In this document: piece after piece, positions 38,212 through 52,619 of the stretch
How the letters are laid out: each line of letters begins with the position of its first letter
How positions within the stretch are numbered: the stretch's first letter is position 1
From: Octopus vulgaris
Taxonomy: Eukaryota
Assembly (NCBI GenBank): GCA_951406725.2
Contig: OX597824.1
Location: 48,980,001 to 49,044,000 of the forward strand
Length of the DNA: 64,000 bases
Direction: 5' to 3'
Program-made: the position numbers and the translations under genes
Notes under the pieces: generated by a model
Database searches by the model: none
What the model was told of the DNA's origin: nothing
What the model saw: only the letters and a program-made list of their open reading frames with translations

Positions 38212-39750
38212 CTTGCTGAGTGCCACAGACTGAGTCTGTGGATGGTGCAAAGTCCTTTCCAGACCTAGAGTTACGTGGTGGTGGAATAGTGCAGTAGACA
38301 AAGCCATTAGTGCAAAGAGACGGGCCTGGAAAGCCTGGAGGGATCGGAGTAGCAGGGAACTGTACCAGGTAGCCAAAAGGGAGGCTGGCCGGCAGGTATA
38401 CATAGCCAAAGATGTAGCAGAAAAGAAGAAGTTTGCCAATGTCCAGCAACGTGAGGACCAAAGAGCTGAGGTATTTCGGATTGCCAGACAGTGTGTGAGA
38501 GAAAATAGTGATGTTACAGAAGAGAAATGTGTCCGCATGGAGGATGGGGCACTTGCTTTTACTGTTGGTGAAAAGAAAGAGGCTTGGAGAAGCCATTATG
38601 AAAGACTGCTGAATGAGGAGAATGAAGGGGAGAAACTAGAAGTAGTTGATAGTTTCCGCTACCTGGGTGACCAAGTTAGTAGTAGAGGTGGATGCTCAGA
38701 GAGTATCACCACTAGAATACGAATAGCCTGGGCAAAGTTCAGAAAGCTCCTACCCCTACTGGCGACAAAGGGTCTCTCGCTCAGAGTGAAAGGTAGATTG
38801 TATGATGCATGTGTGCGAACTGCCATGCTTTACGGTAGTGAAACATGGGCTGTGACTGTAGAGGACATGCGTAGACTTGAAAGAAATGAAGCTAGTATGA
38901 TCCGCTGGATGTGTAATGTCAGTGTGCACGCACAACAGAGTGTAAGCACCCTGAGAGAAATGCTGGATATAAGAAGCATCAGATGTGGTGTGTAAGAGCG
39001 ACGCTTGCGATGGTATGGTCATGTACTGCGGATGGATGAGGAGAGATGTGTGAAGAAGTGCCACTCCCAAACAGTTGAAGGTATCAGGGGGTGAGGTAGA
39101 CCCAGGAAGACATGGGATGAGGTAGTCAAGCATGACCTCAGAACGTTGGGCCTCACTGAGGCAATGGCGAAGGACCGAGATCTCTGGAGATATGCTGTGA
39201 CTGCAAAGACCCGGAATGCTTCTGGCACCAGTTCCGCATAGCCCTTGCCCATTCAAAGTACCCTGGATCCCAGAACATCCCGCTGTGCTTGAGGAGACCT
39301 GTTGAGTCAAGTACATGAACATGAACATCGAAATAAATATCAATGGAAATAGTAGTTGTGATACCTGTGCCAGTGGCACATAAAAAGCACCATCCGAACG
39401 TGACCGATGCCAGCGCCACCCCGACTGGCTTCTGTGCTGGTGGCACATAAAATGCACCACCCGAACGTTGCCGTTGCCAGCCCGCCTTGGCTGGCTTCCG
39501 TGCCGCTGGCACGTTAAAAGCTCCAACCAATCGTTGCCGATGCCGGACCCCCCCCCTGGCACCTGTGCAGGTGGCACGTAAAAAGCACCCACTACACTCG
39601 CGGAGTGGTTGGCGTTAGGAAAGGCATCCAGCCGTAGAAACTCTGCCAGATCAGACTGGAGACTGGAGCAGCCCCTGGCTTCCCAGACCCCGGCCGAACC
39701 GTCCAACCCGTGCTAGCACGGAAAATGGACGTTAAACGATGATGATGATG

Positions 39751-39752
<2 letters not shown>
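38211..39752 (+). mobile_element. RTE LINE copy with an in-frame deletion of the RT core
   Basis: The linker (WWWNSAV...AWRSHYERLLNEENE) is fused directly to GEKLEVVDSFRYLG; the 3' part is close to 30950-32185. Confidence 0.9.
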
Positions 39753-39799
<47 letters not shown>

Positions 39800-40617
39800 T
39801 TCATATGTACAATGGGCTTCTTTCAGTTTCTGACTAACAAATTCACTCACAAGCATTTGATCAACCTAAGGCCAAAGAAAGTTACTTGCTCAAGGTACTG
39901 TGCAGTAGGACTGAATCCAAAACCACATGGTGGGAAGTGAATTTCTGAACCACATTGCCTTGCTTGCACCACTAATCTAGACAAATGGTGTTGAGTAGGC
40001 AGTAAAATTTCTAGCAGACTAATTCATCACTATTTGCACTTTAATAAAAATCTTGGTTTAAGGGCCAGCATTGCAACCCCTTCCCACTAATTCTCCCTTA
40101 TACCCAAACTCAATAGAACTGATCAATCACCAATTAGTGGATATCTTTGGCCACAAAATGACCAATAATTGACTCCTTATTTCTCCATTAGGTTAAGGCA
40201 GCTAATTTGTCACTTAGCTGTTGGGCATCGTACAACTTATAAGTCTCCAATCAGTTCTATATTTCTAATATTGATATCTATTCATTTTCTTTACCAACTC
40301 ACCTCCTTCCTTCCTTCCTTCTACCCCCTCACCCCATCCACCACCATTCTCAGTAATGATTCTTCATTAGACCTGGAGAAAAAATCTATTTTCTTCTAAT
40401 TCTTTCTTGATCTTATCTCATATCACAGGACTGGCAATCTCTGATTGATTGTTTAACATATAGGTGCAGGTATGGCTATGTGATAAGAAGTTTGCTTCCC
40501 TATCACATGATTCTGGGTTTAGTCCTACTGTACAGCACCTTGAGCAAGTGTCTTCTACTATTGTGAGTGGATATCAGAAATGGAAATTGAAAGAACCCTG
40601 TTGTAAATATATATTAA

Positions 40618-41370
40618 TGGCCGTAGCCAGTACCGCATCGACTGGCCTCCGTGCTGTGGGCACGCAACAAACACCATCCGATCGTGGCCGTTCGCCAGCC
40701 TCATCTGGCACCTGGGTCGGTGGCACATAAAAACACCATCCGAAGACCCGGCAAGACTAGTCAGGCCATAACCCGTGGCCCCTACCTGGGACATAGTCAG
40801 TCCACCTGTGCATACCTTCCTTCTTGTGACACTTGTGAAGACCTGTTGAGGCAAGTGAAAATCAAATCAAATCAAAACAAATCAAAATAGATGAACATCA
40901 ATGGAATTTGTATCTTTGTGGTACCAGTGCTGGTGGCACACAAGAAAATCATCCGAACGTGGCCGTAGCCAGTACCGCATAGACTGGCCTCCGTGCTTTG
41001 GGGACGTAACAAACACCATCCGATCGTGGCCGTCCGCCAGCCTCATCTGGCACCTGTGTCGGTGGCACATAAAAACACCATCCGAGCATGGCCGTCTGCC
41101 AGCCTCGTCTGGCACCTGTGTCGGTGGCACATAAAAACACCATCCGAGCGTGGCCGTTCGCCAGCCTCGTCTGGCACCTGTGTCGGTGGCACATAAAATC
41201 ACCCACTACACTCTCGGAGTGGTTGGCGTTAGGAAGGGCATCCAGCTGTAGAAACACTGCCAGATCTGACTGGCCTGGTGCAGCCTTCGGGCTCCCCAGA
41301 CCCCAGTTGAACCGTCCAACCCATGCTAGCATGGAAAACGGACGCTAAATGATGATGATGATGATGATGA
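40618..41370 (+). mobile_element. young RTE 3' UTR insertion (another subfamily) inside a CORE SINE
   Basis: CpG-rich repeat units and a (GAT)n tail; SINE head on the left and SINE tail on the right. Confidence 0.85.
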
Positions 41371-43749
41371 TAAACAGCACCCTCGGTTACAATTAGTGAC
41401 AATTATGAGTGTGTGTGTGTGTGTGTGTGTATCTTTGTATTTGTGTTTGTCCCCTACTACTGCTTGACAACCAGTGTTGGCATGTTTATGTCCCCATAAC
41501 TTAGTGGTTTGGTAAAAGTGACCTGTAGAATAAGTACTTGGCTTTAAAAAAAATAAATCCTGGAGTCAATTCATTCAACTAAAAATTCTTCAAAGCAGTG
41601 CCCCAATATGGCCACAGTCTAATGACTGAAACAAGTAAAAGATACATGTTACAGAATTGGTCAGCTGTCAGTTTTCAGTTGAGTGTTATTTCCAGCTGGT
41701 CAAGCCACCACATTAATGGCTCTAGGGTTGATAGAGTGTGTATCAGAGAGAGCCCCAACTGTACTTGCTGCAACAAAGCAGCAGTGTATCAGAAAACTAG
41801 TGATTCAAGATGTGAGGGACAGATGGAGTCTGCACAGAGAAACAATTTGACAGTCTATTTGTTGAAAGATGGCTGTGTGGTTAAGAAGTTTGTTTCCCAA
41901 CCACATAGTTTTGGGTTCAGTACCACTGTGTGGAAAATTGGACAGGTGTAGCCATCTTTGTTGAGTCAATGCTTAAAAAAGATTGCTTTAGAGAGAAAAA
42001 GAGAGAGGAGTTGAATGAAAGTAAGAGTTACTTTTACAACTTACAGTTTGACGATAGTGGAATGACTCTCACTCTTTTCATTGCTTCAGAAGAATCGTGA
42101 GTAAGCTGTTTCCTTCCAAGGTATCACAGGAGCATGAACAAGTTGACTTGAAGTAGCAGATTGTATGAGAAGTCAGGTTAAGCTGTGTAGTAGGAAGAGC
42201 ATTGATTGATCCAATGGATGCTGAAATAATTATTATCTTAACACAAAGCTATCATTGTGGAAGGTAGGGCACTAGTTGATACCATCAGTTCTAGTACTTG
42301 ATTGGTACTTTAATTTATCAACATCGGAGAGATGAAATGCAAAGTTGATCCCAGCAGGATTTTTATACAGAAAGTAAAGAGTTGAAAAAAAGTACTTTAA
42401 TGATATCTACCAGCTCACGGGACTTGAATACAAAGATAAAAATAGCCTGGGTTTAGAGTAAGAAAGGGATCAATGACATTTGGATTGTCAGTGTGTCAGT
42501 GACGGATACAAGTATGAGAAGGTTGTAAGTGATGCAGTTTGGAATGGCAAAGAATTCAGCATGTGCCATCCACATCAGTGTAGGTGGTGTGTGTGAGTTA
42601 AGAAGGTTTTTATGTATTAAAGTCATTAAGGATGATAAGTTTAGAGAAAGTAGAGAGTAAATAGATGTCCTCAATGCATGATGAGCAAAAAAAGCAAACT
42701 TGCACTTCATCAGTTATGATGATGAGGGTTCCAGTTGATCTGATCGACAAAGCAGACTGCTTGTGAAATTAATGTGCAAGTAACTGAGCACTCCACCGAC
42801 ATGCATACCTTTAAGATAGCTCTCAGGGAGATATTAAGCATGATACAGAATGTGATAAGGATGGCTCTTTGAAATACAGGTACTACTCATTTTTGCCAAC
42901 TGAGTGGACTGAAGCAATGTGAAATAAAGTGTCTTGCTCAAGGACATAATGCACTGGCAGGAATTGAACTCATGAGCCAAATGCCCCAAAAGGATGTGCA
43001 AAAAAGGTTTACCGAGTTACTGGATGTCTTGCAAACATAATATTTTTGAGTCAAGTTGGATTATAAATGTGTAGGCTGGAGAATAGAGATAGATTAGAGG
43101 TAGGAATTGAGAAATGTGTGTCTCAGAGAAGATTAAGTTTTGTGGCTTACATGTATGTTAATTGGAGATGATGGTTCAAGTTTGGATTGATGTGCATAGG
43201 CGTTGATGTATCAGATTGGCCCCTTTCCTGTATTTTAGTGGGTGACTAGGAAAAGAAAACTTTGTTGGCACTATCTTTTAAATTATGTCAGTTCATATAA
43301 ACCAATAGTAAATCAATGGTGAAAGGCGGACCCTTTGGAATTCTGTCTCCACAAAGAGGAAGTCATGGGATTATATACCATGATAGACAACCTCCCTAGT
43401 TGTTACTTATGCGATTAGCCTTTTGTCCTATAGAGTATGTCTTGATATCATATCTTATCTACTATTAATTTATTCATTATTTCCTCAGGTATATTTACCA
43501 TCAGAGATACCCAGCATTACCCAGGTATCAAATAAATAGAAACATATTTGTCAAATTAAAATGATTTAACTCATATGGTAGTTATTTTGGGGATTGCACA
43601 TTCAGAAAGCTTCTCATGGTTTATATAATTCTTTGATAATTATAAATACAATAAACTTTCAGTAGTATTTCTTGAGATATGTTGATGGTTCTTCAGTTTT
43701 TGTTTGTTCTTTTGCTTTGCATTCTTTTGTTTCTTTTTTTTTTGTTACA

Positions 43750-44770
43750 TCTCTGCTCTCAGTGCCACCTAGTTGCTGATCATCCCCCTCCCTCTTCACG
43801 ACCTTAAGTGAAATGAACTTTTAGCAAATTTGGCGGGTGTGACATTTCTATGAAGTGCAACTCTCATGTTGGTAGAAAGACAAAGTTTTCTCTAGTCTTC
43901 AAACATAAATTTCTTTGAGGTGTGCTCCGAATTTCACTTGTAGGTGTACTTTTGGGATGACTGACAGTGTTTGATTGAAATTGCCTGAGAGCAAGATTGT
44001 GTGACTCCACCTATGATGTTCATGTCAACTCTGAGGTCTTTTAAGGTGCAATCAAGAACCTCAGATGCAAGTCCTTTAGACAATATGCTCTCATCATATA
44101 CTGTCAGATTGGCTTACTTCAGAACCTCTGCTTGTCCAGATTCTTTGTAAATATTGATTACAAATTTTGGCATAGGGCCAGCAATTTCAGGGGAGTGGGT
44201 AAATCAATTACATTCACCCCAATGCTCAACTGGTACTTATTTTACTGACCCTGAAATGATGAAAGGCAAAGTCGACCTTGGCAGAATTTCAACTCAGAAT
44301 GTAAAGACAGATAAAATGCTGCTAAACTTTGCCTGGCATGCTAATGATTCTGCTAGCTTGCTGCCTGATCCTTTGTAAATATTGCATACAAGACTGTTAT
44401 TGTGTGCAATGTTGAGTGACAGTTTCAAAGCAGAACCAGCAGTCCTGTCCCTGTGAGTAAAGTTGCAGCAATTTCAAATGAGGCCACTGCTTGAGTGAAT
44501 GAAATTTTGTTAAAATTTGATTGACCAAAGGTTTTACCTGTTCCATCATAAGTATCAAGGAAAATAATTTCTCCCATACCAGATGTCACCAATTGTTTTT
44601 TATGTATCAAACCAAGATTAATTCATTTTGGTAGACCTACTTTTCCCGTTGTTGAATGTTATAGCTGGTTACCTGAAGAAACTCTCAACTGAGATTTGTG
44701 ACTGCGGTGCTTCTGGAGGTGATGGTTTACCCTGATCAAAATCCTTACCAACCATAGAATATAGGGTATT
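43750..44770 (-). mobile_element. Helitron PIF1-helicase fragment interrupted by a SINE
   Basis: IFLDTYDGTGKTF, AVASFEIAATLL, VYDES...LDCTLKDLR...LLSGNFNQTLSVIPK...STNMRV. The SINE at 44157-44370 has a 14-bp TSD ctttgtaaatattg. Confidence 0.85.
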
Positions 44771-46295
44771 TTCAATGAAAATCTATGTATATGATTGAGG
44801 TTAAATCTAGATGTTTTTTTTAACTCTTGTGCTTAACAAAGTATGTTTTTTATCATGTTGTACTCTTGATTATGCCAAAGTTGCTGAAAATTGGATGATG
44901 AACAGGCATAAAAATGATAACAAAGGAACTTTCTTCTTGCTTCCAAGCTACACAAAACTACAGTTTATTTTCAAGACACTGTTCCTGTTTGCATTGTCTC
45001 TGGCAAGCTTTATGGTTTGTTACACAGGTATATCAAACAACTGTTTTGAGGTCCTGGAACGAGAGTGAACCATGATATTTTTAGCACAAGTATCAAATAT
45101 TCCATCAGTATGTGTAACAATACCATGAGCTAATTTATATTGCACACAAAATATACAAAGAATGTAAATAATGATTTCAAATTTTGGTAAAGGCCAGCAA
45201 TTTGGGGGGAGGGGTAAGTTGATTACATTGACCCAAGTGCACAACTGGTACTTATTTCATTGACCCTGAAAAGATGAAAGATAAAGTCAACCATGACAGA
45301 ATTTAAACTCAGAACATGCCACTAAGCATTTAACCTGACATGCTAACCATTCTACTAGCTTGCTGCCTTATAAAGAGTAAATATTGGAACACAATCATTA
45401 TGAAGAATTCCTCTTTAAAAGAAATCACATTTCAGAAAGTTAGTTTGTGGTTCCAAATACCATGACAGATAGAAAATATATTTCCTGTTTCATGTTTAAA
45501 TCATTAGGCTTGTAAAATATTCAAACATTAAATAAGTTAACAGTTTGGTTTGCAGAATATGAATCCTGAATATTTTAGAAACAGAGACAAATTTAGTGAG
45601 AGACAATGAAAGAATAAATTACTTTCTGCTCCCATGGTATTTGAGACCATGTATTAACTTTACAAAGATATTACTTTTGAACATGAAAATTTGATGACAA
45701 CAGCTTTCCATATGTGTTTGTGTATGTGTGTGTGAGAGAGTGTGGGAGATTATTGAAAGACCAATAGAGAAAGAAAAACCACATTTTGATGTGACAAACT
45801 GCCATTTCTGTGCTTTGCACTATCACTCCTACTCCATGACAGTTTGCAGCCTCTCTACAATTTTTCACTTTTCTTGACTTATCCCTATTTTTCCCTAAGG
45901 GGACCTCAAACTTGGGATGTTTTGCTCATACATAATTCTGGATTGCATCTGGATCTCCCTGCAAAATTTGATAAAGGTTTGTTGGGAAATGATGATGTTG
46001 TTTCAAGACAAACAGACATTGATGCTTATAGATATAGATTATTAGCCATATTTCAATGCTAAATAATTAATGTTTATTACATTTATTCTTCCCTAGTTGG
46101 ATTTGTGAGCTTTTAGAGTTGAAAAAAAACCCCCAGCTATTGTTTTGTTTTCCATCCCATATTTATCGATATATGCACAGATGTATCATGTGCATGGATG
46201 CATGTACATGTGTGCATGTAAATATTAGATGTAAATGTCAGTGAGAATAAACTAATCAATAACATTTATAACAATTTATATTTCATGGTTTATAG

Positions 46296-46425
46296 GAAAA
46301 CTTTGAAATTTCTACACTTCGAACAGATTCAGCAATTGTCAAGGGAGCTGCTACACAAGAACTTGATTCGTATTGGCAGCAAGATGCTAACAAAAGAGAT
46401 CTCACCATAAATGCAATGTTTCTCG
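46296..46425 (+). CDS. TRNT1: TRNT1-like coding exon (flexible loop and motif B)
   Basis: tatag|GAAAAC...TTTCTCG|gtaaag encodes ENFEISTLRTDSAIVKGAATQELDSYWQQDANKRDLTINAMFL. Phase 0 in and phase 1 out fit both neighbouring exons. Confidence 0.92.
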
Positions 46426-49400
46426 GTAAAGTATAAAACCAATTATTTCTTTTGTCACATTATTTGAAGGTTTGTATAGTTGTACTTTCATGGAAAGATG
46501 AAAAGCAAAGCTGACTTTGGTAGAAATTGAACTCAGTGGCAAAGGTTTGAATATAAGACCAGATAACATATCTTCCCTGGCCACTGGTCTCTCTGTCTTT
46601 GTTTCTCTTCCCTAATAGTGGTTTCTGATTTAGACACAAAGCCTGCAATACTGAGGGGAGGGGATTGATTGATTACATTGATCCAGTAACTGACTGGTTA
46701 CTTTGGTTTATAGACTCCCAATGGGGTTGTAGCATGAGTTATGACAAGACTTGATGTCAGTGTATATACATTTATTGCTACATTTTATACAAGGCTTCAT
46801 GAAATACAGACAGTGCCAAATTATATGCACATCATATTCACAGGTGTTGAAAATCATTACGGATAATTAATGGTTAAACTGATCTTCATATTGCTGCAAA
46901 AATGTATGGCATTGATTCATCCTCATCTCTGAGATGATATGGAACTGTGAAAATAACTATTAGGAAAATCCACCCACATTGATGCTGATGATATAGATGT
47001 ACAAGGCAAGCATTTTGGAGGCAGGGTGCATCAGTTGATACCATCAACTCTAGTACTTGACTGGTACTTTAATTTATCAACATTGGAGGGATGAAAAGCA
47101 AAGTTGATCCCGGCAGGATTTTTATCCAAAAAGTAAAGTGTTGAAAAACAATACTTTAATAATTCTGCCAGTTCACAGAACTTGAATGCAAAGATATAAA
47201 TAGCCTAGGTTTAGAGTAAAAAGGGGTCAATGATATTTGGATTGTCAGTGTGTCAGTGAAAGATACATGTATGAGAAGGCTGTAAATGAAAGTTGTATGA
47301 AGCTGTGAAAACAACTTTGAGAAAGAAACTAACCGGAGCACCATAATGAGCGGGATTCAAATTCTCTCTGGCTAATCATACCAAAAAAGAGCTGTTTTGA
47401 AAGAACTGTCTAGAAATTATCATATAAATAGTTAACCTTGATTGGTTGAAATTGGGTTCTGCACACATAATAAACTCATGATACACTTGCGATAGAAAAT
47501 AAAATTGAAGTCAAACACCTTAGGGTGAAAGGTAAAGTTAACCTTGATGCAATTTGAACTTGGAAGAAAGTAACAGAAGAAATACTGCAATGCCTTTAAC
47601 AATTCTCCCAGCTTGAGTAATATCAACTAAATCAACCATCATCATTTTATGTCAGGTATTTATTTTATCATACAGTTGACCCGACCCTTGCAGTATTTGA
47701 ACTCATAACTGTGAAAGATAAACTCAATGCTGCATAACATTTAGTCCAGCATGTAACCAACAAATGTAGATTTATCACAAAAAATTCTCTGCTTTCTTTA
47801 ACAAATGAATATTTATAGAAATCAGCATGTTTACTTTGATTCTGATCACTCTAAAATTATGGTTCTAATTGGTTGTTAATTATACATTTGAACTAAGATT
47901 CATTTCCTAAAATTAGTATTGACACAAGGATCACTCACACTGTGCAGTACCATGATCAAGAGTCTTCTACAATACCTTCAGGCCTTGTGAGTGAATTTGG
48001 AAAATGGAAACTGTAAGAAACCTGTCATATTTGTGTGTGTGTGTGTGTGTGCACATGTGCATACATGTGTGTTTGTGTTAGTCTATATATGCGTTTTATA
48101 AAAGTTGTTAGCTATGGACAGTGTTAACTTCATGCCTTCAAACAGGTGAAATAAAAAAAATCTCTTAACTAGAAAATCAAATAACAGTCAGTGACAAGAC
48201 AGACATCCAGTTGTAATACTATATCTCAATTATATATTCCTCTAACCCATGCTAGAGTGAAAAATTAATGTAAAGCAAATGAAAGTGTTGATCTAAACCT
48301 GTTTGAAATAAACAGCTTTTACTCTGTTATGAATTGTTCTTCAACTAATGATACTAAACCCTTGAGATTTATTCTAATGCCAGTTCTAACTAGTGCTGCT
48401 ACTATTACTGAGACTGCCATCACTTTTAATATTCATTATCATCATCATCATTTAACATCCATTGTCCATGCTGGCATGGGTTGGATGGTTTGACCAGAGG
48501 TGGTAAGCTGAGGGGCTGCACCAGACTCCAGTCTGATTTGGCATGGCTTCTACAGCAGAATGCCCTTCTTAACACCAACTACTCCAAGAGTGTAATGGGT
48601 GCTTTTATGTGCCACCAACATCAGCCACATTGCCTCCATGCTTTTTACAAGCCACCATCACAAGTGCCAGTTTCATGACACTAGCATCGGCCACATTTCT
48701 TCCATGGGGCCAAATTTTGGGACAAGGCCAGTAGTTTTGGTGGAGAGACTAAGTTGATTAAATCAAACACAGAGCTCAACTAGTACTTATTTTATCGACC
48801 CTGAAAGGATAAAAGGTAAAATCAACCTTGGCAGAATTTGAACTCAGAACATTGAGACGAACAAAATGCTGCTTCGCATTTTTCCCCAGTATGCTAACGA
48901 TTCTGCCCGCTCACTATCTTCATCACTACTAATATTAATACTACTGCTACTTTTCTTCCCATCACTACTACTACTATGATCTCATGTTCTTTTTCCTCTC
49001 TCCTTATTTTCCTATTGTTCATCCTTGTTTTCCTATTGTTCTCCTTCTTATTGTGCATAGACAGTCCAAGGAATTCCAGTTTCAATATATGTCTCTCTAA
49101 TCCTAGATAAAGCATATTTACTTGCCAAAAATATTTGGAAGATTATCTTGTTTTCTTACAGAACTAGGAAATGGTTATTTTCTATCATCTGGATGTGTAA
49201 CTTGAGTCAAAATTGACTCTGGCATGTGTGCATACATGCATGTGTGTGCACATTTGTGTATATGTGTGTGAGTTTCTCACTACAATATCTTTCTAAACTG
49301 TCTTTCAGTCCTATTTCTATTTTTCATTAGTCTTATCTACAGACATAACCAATAGAAAAAAATGTAAATTTACTGAGTTTGTAGTTTTATCATTGATAAA

Positions 49401-52363
49401 TAAACAACACTGTTAATTATCCCATGTTAATTAACATAATAGTTAATGATTTCCATGTTGATAAACAATTTCATAAGAAGCGTTACAGCTCTAATTAAAA
49501 TTCATGAACCACTTAATGGTTATTATTAACAAAAACATCCAGTAATTGTTTTATTGATTAATATTTTAGTTACTTTTCAAGCTGTCCACCATAATCTTGC
49601 AGAAATATTGGTGTCTGGGATATTGCTTTAAAATGGCTTCATTCCTTCTTTTTTTTTTCTCCCCCCCACCTCGCTTGAAAAGAAAATCATAAGCCATCAT
49701 AAAGTATACTTGCTTTGTCAGACTTCTAATAAGTTGAACCTGAAGATATATTGTTGGAGGAAATCTGTGCTATTTTAAATGTATTGCCATTTAACATATA
49801 TAATTTTTTCTTGAAGTCTGTCTTTCAATTATTTTACACTCTTAACACTATTTTTTGATGATTGCTTAATCCCACCATAATTTATGTGAAGGTCTGGTGC
49901 CATGTAAAATGCACTCATGCCAGTGTCACATAGTATACACTTGTACCAGTACCACATACTATGCACTTGTGCTGGTGTCACGTAAAATAACATTTATACC
50001 AGTGTTTCTTTTATTTTACCACCTAATACATTTTTACAATATTACCACCTAATACATTTATACCAGTAAAATACATTTATACCAGTGTCACTCATGTTGG
50101 TGCCATGTGAAATGCACTCATGCTGGTGCCACATATAAACCACCCAGCACACTCAGTAAAGTGGTTGGCTTTAGGAAGGGCATCCAGCCATTGTAACCAA
50201 GCTAAAACAGATGATTAGAGTCTGGACAAGTTTCCAGCTGGCCAGCTCCGTGTCAAACCATGTCAGCATGGAAAACACATGTTAAACAATGATGATGATG
50301 ATGATGACAATGATGGTATCATTTTCAAATAGCTTCTGACTTCATTAATTTTTGTCTTGTCATCTTCTTTTCAAAGAGACATTCAAGACAACTAATTCTA
50401 TCCTTCTGTTGTACTTTAACCTCTCATTGCCTGGCATAAAACCTCCTTCAATACTACACCCCCACCCTCAGTTTTGTGAGTTACTTGATAACCTTATTTG
50501 TGTCAATACAATATAAAAGCACTCAGTACACTCTATAAAATGGTTGGCATTAAAAAGAGCATGGAGTCCTCTGGCTCCTGTCAAATTGTCCAACCCATGC
50601 CAGCATGGAAAACAAACATTAGATGGCAGCGGCTCCTCCTCCTCAGGGTGACAGAATTTCTGGTTCATTAGAATCTAAAGATGAATTAAATCTGTACACC
50701 TTTACCTTAATAAATCTAAAAAAATTTAATCTATTCTGAGACATTGCATATTCCAGTGCATTTCCCCCTGCCGCCAGCAATTTGGGTAAACATTACTTTT
50801 AAATTTATGAAATAATTATGTATCTTAATTACATAAATAAATTTAAAAAATGAGGTTTGATGCCAATGAAACAGTGATTGAGCATAATTAAAATATGACC
50901 TATGTATGTGAAATTTGTGCTTTTCTGCATTTTATTCTTAATATGATATATTTTAGTAAATCTAAAATTTTGCAGTTGTGGTTTAACTGTAAAATATCTG
51001 GCTAATTATTTTATCGTGTTAATGAATTTTATTTACCATAAGACCCACAAATTGGCAGAGTTATTAGAGCGTCAGAATGCCTCAGTATTTATTCCAACTC
51101 CCTGCAGTTTAAGTTTAAATCCCACTTAAGTCAACTTTTCCTTTTGCCTTGTAACACTGTCTGGCCAGGAGCATTGTGGTATGTGTTCTGACTCATTGCA
51201 TTTCTGAGTTCTAATTCCACTTCTACCTACATGGGTGGTAGGATTAATCCATCACCTGATATAGCACAACCACCACCTGGCATCTTGGGTGCTTTTAGTG
51301 GAACCTACTCTGTTGCCAGCATTCAGGTCAGTTGTCCAGTTTGAAGATACCTTTCTCCCCCTTCTCTCTTTCTCTCTTTCCCCCTCCCTTTCTCCCTCCA
51401 TCCCACCAATCTCAGAGGTTCTAAAAAGGGTCATTGGCACTGTTTTCTCTCCTTACTGACCAATAAAATAAAGAAAAACAACCTACAATTATCTTTATTT
51501 CAGAAATATGACAAACATCCATAGTTTTTTGTTTATTATCTTCATTCTCTATCCCTTCATGAAATCTTTATTTAAATATTGATATTTGTCTCACTACAAA
51601 CTATGTTCAGACTAATTAAACATCATTAGTAGGTTAAACATGAGTAAGTTAACTCCCCAGAATGACAGACTCTATCCTGTAGTCAATATATGCATTAACA
51701 AAAGTCCCTGATATTGCCATGTAAATGCTATCGACTCAATATTGATTAGAATATCAGTGAAGATTCTATCATTGGTATATAAATTTCTTAGCTATATTAT
51801 TGTAGTTGCCAAATTGTAACACTCTTTTATATTAAGATCTTTATCAATTCTGACACTGTTGAGAGCATCATTCTTGACCTGCTTTTCTTTATTATTGGAA
51901 TGACCTTTCCATTAATCTCCACCTATATAGATTGATTTCAACATTCAGACACATGAGTCACCAGACAAAATATTGGATATTTTATCAGCTCATTTACATG
52001 TCTCTTTCTCTCTCTTCTTTGATACAAATTACTCTGTAATCTGTTCTATCTTCACACTGCTACTGTTTTGCTATCTTTCTCATTGTAAATCTCTAATATC
52101 TTCATTGTGCTACTGTCCTCCTACTTTTTTCACTGTAAATCTCTTATATCACCACAGTATTTCTGTCCTATCGTTATGAAAGTAATCTGCCATATCAATT
52201 CAATGTTATTGTCTTCCTGTTAGACATTCTTCAATTTCATGATGACAGTCTTTGTTCTTGGCAACAGAAAACTGGCTACATACCTTTCAAAACAGCCCTG
52301 AATTTCCTACCATCAAATGGGATTCTAGAATGAATAGTTTAAACATTTAAAATAAGATTTTAA

Positions 52364-52583
52364 CCCTTTAACATTTAAACTGGCCATATCCAGCCTAAAT
52401 ATTCTACCTGTTTTATGTTCAAACCAATCAGATCCTGCCTCTCACACCTACCCTACAATGTTAATCTAAAAATAAGTAATCACATCATTGAAATCTCAAA
52501 GCTATGAGATAAGATATGATTAATTGGAAGCAGTATGAATAAATAAGCATTACATTTGACAGAGTAATCCAAACACTAAAGGG
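52364..52583 (-). mobile_element. piggyBac-like MITE (220 bp), copy 2
   Basis: TTAA|CCCTTTA...TAAAGGG|TTAA; reverse-complement homologue of 24345-24564. Confidence 0.85.
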
Positions 52584-52619
52584 TTAAAAGCATTTTTACT
52601 CTACTGGGTAAAATGTTAG

